From NCBI GenBank assembly GCA_038142325.1, contig JAYQJW010000002.1:619328-683327 (forward strand): a stretch of DNA of 64,000 nucleotides, read 5' to 3'. The stretch's first letter is position 1. Each line of letters opens with the position of its first letter. The translations under genes were made by a program, and so were the position numbers. This stretch comes from Gammaproteobacteria bacterium (lineage in GTDB: Bacteria; Pseudomonadota; Gammaproteobacteria; GCA-002705445; GCA-002716945). The notes under the pieces are model-generated. The model saw only the letters and a list, made by a program, of their open reading frames with translations. It made no database searches and had not been told where the DNA came from. Positions 60,761 through 64,000 of the stretch are shown in pieces.

Positions 60761-62208
60761 TAGTTAGTAATCTTATTATACAAATCAGGAATCATAGAGG
60801 GTAGATAATTCTTTATCCTTGATTGGTATAATAAGCAATCAGCGGCGTATGAGTGAAATGTTGTGGCCTTAAGACATGCTCTATAACTATCTTGATTTGA
60901 AGACATTTCGTATAAAAGCAGACCTGACAATGTATCTCCCATACCTGCAACACTCATCCTGTGATTACCATCCATGCAAGTGATATATTGTTCGCCATCA
61001 TAAATTATAGTCCCAGAACCTTTTAAGATTACTATACAGTTATAGTAGTCATGTAATAATTTAGCTGCCTCATATCTATTGTCTTGAATATCCTTAGTGT
61101 CAACATTTAATAGGTATGCAGCTTCACCAGGATGTGGTGTGATGATAACTTGATTTTTCAAATATATGTTTTTTTTAAGCGCCTTTAAAGCTCCTGCATC
61201 AACAATGACAGAATCTATTTTATTAAGATTATTCATAATCACATCTAGATAGTCATTATTTAATTCTTTCATTCCTGGTCCTATAAGTATATTTTTATAA
61301 TTACTTATATTTTTTTCGAAATCATTTAGTGAAAATTGTTTAGCAATTACTTCAGGCATAATCATAGGTAATGAATGAGCATACTCATCCTCTGTATAGA
61401 CTTCAAGATACTTGCATCCAGCTTTCATTGCAGCGGCAACAGACAACAACATTGCTCCATGATATGGTTGTTGTCCTGATATAATACAACTTATTCCATT
61501 TGATTTTTTGTGTATAGATTCAGCTTTAGTTGATTTAAATTCTTTTGCGTATGAGTAACCATTGAATTTTGGATTTGCAGAAACAAGAATATTTTCAGAT
61601 TTTATTGTATGGACATTTAAATCAGAGTAGTAAATATCTTTCCAAGTGTCTCTTCCAAAATTAGTAAACACTCCTCTTTTATATGACAATAGAGATATAA
61701 GTAAGTTACATTTAATGCTTACTGGAGATAGACTGCCGGTTTCTGGATTCAATCCACTAGGAACATCAATAGATAATATAAATGAATTAGATGAATTGAT
61801 CTTATTGATAAGTTGTATGATATCTTGGTTTAGTAATCTATTTAAGCCGTACCCAAACATACAATCAATGATGCAATCATATCTGTCACAATCAAAATCT
61901 TTAATAAGATGCTCGCCTAGACCAAGCTCATGGATTAATTGATGGTGTTTATCATTTATTAGATGTAGTTCAACATTAAATTTATGCTTTAATAATTTGT
62001 ATGCTGAATAAATACCATCAAGTCCGTTAGAACCAGGCCCACATACAAATATTATTTTATCTTTAACTGAAAACTTGGTTGTAATAATTTTACATATATA
62101 ATCGGATGCTTTATCAATCAGCTGATTGTCGTTTCTTAATGTATTCTCATTCTCTATGTCTTTAATTTCTTGACAAGAAATATCAGAGTGAAAATATATT
62201 TTAGACAT
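60760..62208 (-). CDS. nnr: bifunctional NAD(P)H-hydrate epimerase/dehydratase (YjeF)
   Basis: CGPGSNGLDG, DVPSG, HK, IGPG, VDAGAL, TPHPGEA, LKG, GMGDTLSG. Confidence 0.9.
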   Translation of the reverse strand: MSKIYFHSDISCQEIKDIENENTLRNDNQLIDKASDYICKIITTKFSVKDKIIFVCGPGSNGLDGIYSAYKLLKHKFNVELHLINDKHHQLIHELGLGEHLIKDFDCDRYDCIIDCMFGYGLNRLLNQDIIQLINKINSSNSFILSIDVPSGLNPETGSLSPVSIKCNLLISLLSYKRGVFTNFGRDTWKDIYYSDLNVHTIKSENILVSANPKFNGYSYAKEFKSTKAESIHKKSNGISCIISGQQPYHGAMLLSVAAAMKAGCKYLEVYTEDEYAHSLPMIMPEVIAKQFSLNDFEKNISNYKNILIGPGMKELNNDYLDVIMNNLNKIDSVIVDAGALKALKKNIYLKNQVIITPHPGEAAYLLNVDTKDIQDNRYEAAKLLHDYYNCIVILKGSGTIIYDGEQYITCMDGNHRMSVAGMGDTLSGLLLYEMSSNQDSYRACLKATTFHSYAADCLLYQSRIKNYLPSMIPDLYNKITN

Positions 62209-62210
62209 TA

Positions 62211-63101
62211 CTAAAATATATTAGCGCGAGAGAAGTATTCTATAGATGATTTGATAATATTATTTAATATATCATTATCCCTATTATACTTTTGAAGTGG
62301 AATATTATCGTATCTCTCAGTTTTAAGATCATAAATTGAGGATATTCCATCAATTAATCCTAGATTTTTAGCTTCAACACCAGTATAAAATAATCCTGAA
62401 TATATAGATTCATCTTTTGCCAATCTATTTTTTCGTGACTGTTTGAGATCATTAATAAATTGTAAGTGTATCTGATCAGTTAATTTTTTAACATGTTTGT
62501 ACTGATTTGAAGTCAACTCATGAAACGGATCTAAAATAAGCTTGTTATCTCCAGAATAAATTGTTCTAGATTTAATACCAAGTTTATTAAAAAAACTTCT
62601 TACATCGTAACTGTCAAGTCTTACCCCTATTGATCCTACAATACTCGTTTCTGACGCAAATACCTCATCAGCTGCCATAGCTATGTAATATCCACCAGAT
62701 GCACCAACATCTTCAATGATAGAAATAATATCTTTGTTTATATCTTTTTTTAATTTCTTTATCTCATCGAAAATTATTTTTGATTGTGTAGCGCTACCTC
62801 CTCCACTATTAACTTTTATTACTATAGCTTTAGAATTTTCATTAGAACTTGCTTTCTTCAATAGTGGAACAATTATATCTGCACTCGATGATGTTTCAGA
62901 GGCAATCAGGCCATTAATTTCAATTACCGCAATATGTGGTTGGCTAAAATTTATATTTTTAGAAATTGGTAAAATCAAAATTGCAAAAACAAAAAACAAA
63001 ATAAAGATTATTCTAAATATAATTTTATTTCTATAATCGCGTTTTCGCTCTGATATTAAAGTATTAACAATATCATTTAATGTTTTATTATCGTCAGACA
63101 T
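62211..63101 (-). CDS. sppA: S49 family signal peptide peptidase (short SppA)
   Basis: N-terminal TM, NSGGG, ASGGYYIA, VGSIGV. Confidence 0.88.
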   Translation of the reverse strand: MSDDNKTLNDIVNTLISERKRDYRNKIIFRIIFILFFVFAILILPISKNINFSQPHIAVIEINGLIASETSSSADIIVPLLKKASSNENSKAIVIKVNSGGGSATQSKIIFDEIKKLKKDINKDIISIIEDVGASGGYYIAMAADEVFASETSIVGSIGVRLDSYDVRSFFNKLGIKSRTIYSGDNKLILDPFHELTSNQYKHVKKLTDQIHLQFINDLKQSRKNRLAKDESIYSGLFYTGVEAKNLGLIDGISSIYDLKTERYDNIPLQKYNRDNDILNNIIKSSIEYFSRANIF

Positions 63102-64000
63102 AATTCTCTAATGTAGATAGTACTTCTTTTAAATCATCAGGTAAATCAATAGTAAAATTATATTGCTCATTGAAATAAAATGAAAGATTAAAAGAATGAA
63201 GAAATAACCTATTAAGGCCTATCAATTTATTCTTAGCGTTATATTCTTGCGTAATATATTTTTTATCACCTGCTACAGGGTGTCCTATAGATGCTGCATG
63301 AGCTCTGATTTGATGAGTTCTTCCGGTTTCTATCTCAATTTCAACTAAACTATAATCTCTAAATTTTTTGATCAATGTGATTTTACTATAAGCATCTTTC
63401 CCATTATCAACACTAATCACCATTTTTCTCAAATGAGAGTCTTTTGTTATTTTAGATTCTATTTCAATGATATCTTTCTTTGGATGCCCGCATAACAGAG
63501 CATAATATTTTTTTCTTAATTTCCCTTTCTCCAAATATTTTCCCAGATGTGATGCGGTGTGATAGTTTTTTGCAACAAGTAGACAACCAGAGGTATTTTT
63601 GTCTAATCTATGTACAAGCGTGAGATTGTTATTTTCTAGACTTAATTTGAGTGATGAGAGAAAATCAGTTTTTTGATTAGTACCGCCATGAACTGCAATC
63701 CCGCTTGGTTTATTTACCAATATAAAATTCTCATTTTCATATTCTATGTATGATTCACTATCAGATATAATTTTCTTTGAAATAAATTGATTTTTATGGA
63801 TATTTGGTGGAATTCTTACAATATCATTTGACTTTATCCTATAGGACACCTTACTGCGTTTTTTATTAACCCTCACTTGCCCACTTCTAACAAATTTGTA
63901 GATTAGACTTTTTGGGATACCTTTAAGTTTTTTGATCAGAAAATTATCTAGTCTTTGACCGCTTGAATCCTCATTTATATTAAAAATATTAGAATTTTTT
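63094..64000 (-). CDS. rluC: RluA-family pseudouridine synthase, probably RluC (5' end beyond the window)
   Basis: S4 domain GQRLDNFL...RVNKKR, NKPSGIAVHGG, VHRLDKNTSG, TGRTHQIR, RLFLH. Confidence 0.88.
   Translation of the reverse strand, partial: KNSNIFNINEDSSGQRLDNFLIKKLKGIPKSLIYKFVRSGQVRVNKKRSKVSYRIKSNDIVRIPPNIHKNQFISKKIISDSESYIEYENENFILVNKPSGIAVHGGTNQKTDFLSSLKLSLENNNLTLVHRLDKNTSGCLLVAKNYHTASHLGKYLEKGKLRKKYYALLCGHPKKDIIEIESKITKDSHLRKMVISVDNGKDAYSKITLIKKFRDYSLVEIEIETGRTHQIRAHAASIGHPVAGDKKYITQEYNAKNKLIGLNRLFLHSFNLSFYFNEQYNFTIDLPDDLKEVLSTLENYV

Overview
AT-rich, densely packed chromosomal segment of a streamlined, probably marine gammaproteobacterium; the taxonomy is inferred from gene order and protein sequences. 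Most genes are housekeeping genes on the minus strand: riboflavin (ribD/E/BX), nrdR, glyA, purL, pntAB, TCA/glyoxylate genes (icd, aceA, acnA, fumC), mnmA-hflD, purB, lysS-prfB, thrS-infC-rpmI-rplT-pheST-ihfA, uvrB, typA, dnaB, rpsF-rpsR-rplI, rlmB, purA-hisZ-hflKC, miaA-tsaE-nnr, sppA and rluC. RNA genes are tmRNA, tRNA-Val(GAC) and tRNA-Asn(GTT). Many essential genes are split by single-base indels, most likely uncorrected long-read errors. No CRISPR array, integrase or transposase is visible. Most notable: (1) an uncharacterised three-gene MotA/TolQ/ExbB stator-like module between fumC and acnA; (2) a stand-alone sigma70-region-1.1-like small protein behind a cold-shock gene; (3) a prfB frameshift site reading GTT-TGA-C instead of CTT-TGA-C; (4) a PD-(D/E)XK exonuclease coupled to prfB in the position recJ holds in E. 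coli; (5) a lone soxB coupled to msrPQ; (6) a cysteine-less IscR-like regulator with iscU only; (7) a PheT lacking the B2 domain.
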